In this document: piece after piece, positions 5,653 to 6,158 of the stretch
Layout: each line of letters begins with the position of its first letter
Position numbering within the stretch: position 1 is the stretch's first letter
DNA from: a virus
IMG/VR virus record: IMGVR_UViG_3300020041_000069
Location: 1-6,158 of that record
DNA length: 6,158 bases
Strand: one strand, 5' to 3'
The notes under the pieces: generated by a model
What the model was told of the DNA's origin: nothing
Databases searched by the model: none
What the model saw: only the letters and a program-made list of their open reading frames with translations
Position numbers and translations under genes: made by a program

Positions 5653-5973
5653 TTAAAGTTGCGATCGGAATCTGAGGTAAAAATGCTCCCAAGCGGCGGA
5701 ATGCTTTCTCCAGAAATCATAGCCCTCAGGCGTCGAATCGAACAAGAAAGCGGTGGCAATGAGGTGGGCGGGGCCTGAGCTTGGATAGCAAAGAGATCGC
5801 CGAATATGAGCGCGCAAACGGTCACGGAAACCACCGTAGGGCGAAACGACGACATCGTAGTTCTTCATGAAGGCGGAGAATATTCCTTGGCGGACGAGCC
5901 ACTCGGTAAAAGCGTAATCGAGGACGTCGACAATTAAATCACCAGCCTTAAAATAATTACTTTCCCTTTTCAT
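5653..5973 (-). CDS. Hypothetical protein (106 aa), first gene of the accessory cassette
   Basis: ATG at 5973-5971 (MKRESNYFKAGDL...), 25 nt downstream of a Bacteroides-type -7 promoter box. The C-terminus carries an aromatic-rich motif, FLFDSTPEGYDFWRKHSAAWEHFY. The ORF-track start at 6057 is a TTG, and that extension would read through the promoter-like AT-rich tract. Confidence 0.55.
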   Translation of the reverse strand: MKRESNYFKAGDLIVDVLDYAFTEWLVRQGIFSAFMKNYDVVVSPYGGFRDRLRAHIRRSLCYPSSGPAHLIATAFLFDSTPEGYDFWRKHSAAWEHFYLRFRSQL

Positions 5974-5998
5974 AGTATTGTGGTTATTGGTTACGATG

Positions 5999-6030
5999 CA
6001 AAGATACAACAAAACAAAATAAACGGCAAA
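5999..6030 (-). promoter_or_regulatory. Bacteroidota-type promoter (-33 TTTG / -7 TAnnTTTG)
   Basis: The coding strand has TTTG (6030-6027), a 20-nt spacer, then TATCTTTG (6006-5999). This matches the published Bacteroides consensus TTTG-N19-21-TAnnTTTG. It is intergenic, 24 nt after the VP2 stop (circular coordinates), and 25 nt upstream of the ATG at 5973. By eye I found three other TAnnTTTG matches on this strand (2580-2587, 3525-3532, 5063-5070). None of them has a correctly spaced TTTG. Confidence 0.5.
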
Positions 6031-6037
6031 GTCCAAA

Positions 6038-6158
6038 AAGTCGGAAAAATTATTCAATTTCTCCTCAAATGACGACGGGAGACCCTTGTGCCTCCGACAA
6101 ATTCGCCATCTCTATTGTAAATTTCCTTCTCTTCGTCATAACCAACGGAAACAGGCTG
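6038..6158. repeat. Terminal redundancy, copy 2 (duplicates 1-121; not extra biological sequence)
   Basis: Same 121-nt string as 1-121. It runs to the very end of the window, as expected for a circular contig that was not trimmed. Confidence 0.95.

Larger units (their letters stand above)
1..6037 (-). other. One full unit of a circular Microviridae (ssDNA phage) genome, shown as the complement of the coding strand
   Basis: The exact 121-nt terminal redundancy closes the circle at 6037 nt. The minus strand carries a single-orientation, tightly packed set of VP4 (Rep), VP1 (capsid) and VP2 (pilot) genes, and the size fits this family. Confidence 0.9.

Noticed and set aside
5974-6057. A TTG-initiated N-terminal extension of the 5653-5973 ORF would give the 134-aa form. 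It would add a hydrophobic segment (FLDFAVYFVLLYLCIV), and its TTG overlaps the VP2 TGA as TTGA.
   Set aside because: The extension consists of the AT/T-rich promoter-like tract, where T-rich sequence trivially encodes Phe/Leu/Val. It contains the full TTTG-N20-TAnnTTTG promoter match. A good ATG follows at 5973. The membrane-anchored long form cannot be excluded without experimental data.
1-6158. I looked for an integrase, att-like flanking repeats, CRISPR arrays, tRNA/rRNA genes and transposase signatures.
   Set aside because: None is present. The only long repeat is the terminal assembly overlap, and the ORF complement is entirely that of a free circular microvirus. No claim of prophage status or a mobile-element insertion can be supported.

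Overview
The window holds one complete circular Microviridae (small ssDNA phage) genome, shown as the complement of the coding (viral) strand. Bases 1-121 are repeated exactly at 6038-6158, so the unit length is 6037 nt and the window is a closed circle with a 121-nt assembly overlap. All credible genes lie on the minus strand. In coding order (descending coordinates) they are: a 66-aa ORF; the replication initiator VP4 (HUH / YxxxY rolling-circle Rep); the major capsid protein VP1; a 98-aa acidic ORF (possible scaffold); a 230-nt structured intergenic region; a 63-aa predicted lipoprotein abutting the VP2 pilot/minor capsid gene; and, across the circle junction, two unknown ORFs of about 106 aa each. 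Three signals point to a Bacteroidota host (Alpavirinae-like rather than phiX-like): no gene has a Shine-Dalgarno sequence, one intergenic site matches the Bacteroides promoter consensus TTTG-N20-TAnnTTTG, and the lipobox ends in SC. The subfamily assignment is not proven. Three things deserve a second look. (i) The two unknown ORFs form a self-contained cassette with its own promoter and a strong intrinsic terminator, which is moron-like architecture in a minimal phage. (ii) The small lipoprotein gene is packed 1 nt from VP2 and is a candidate lysis or superinfection-exclusion factor. (iii) Two GC-rich, hairpin-dense non-coding regions are candidates for replication origin or priming signals. 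No homology search was possible, so every functional call rests on motifs read from the translations and the sequence.
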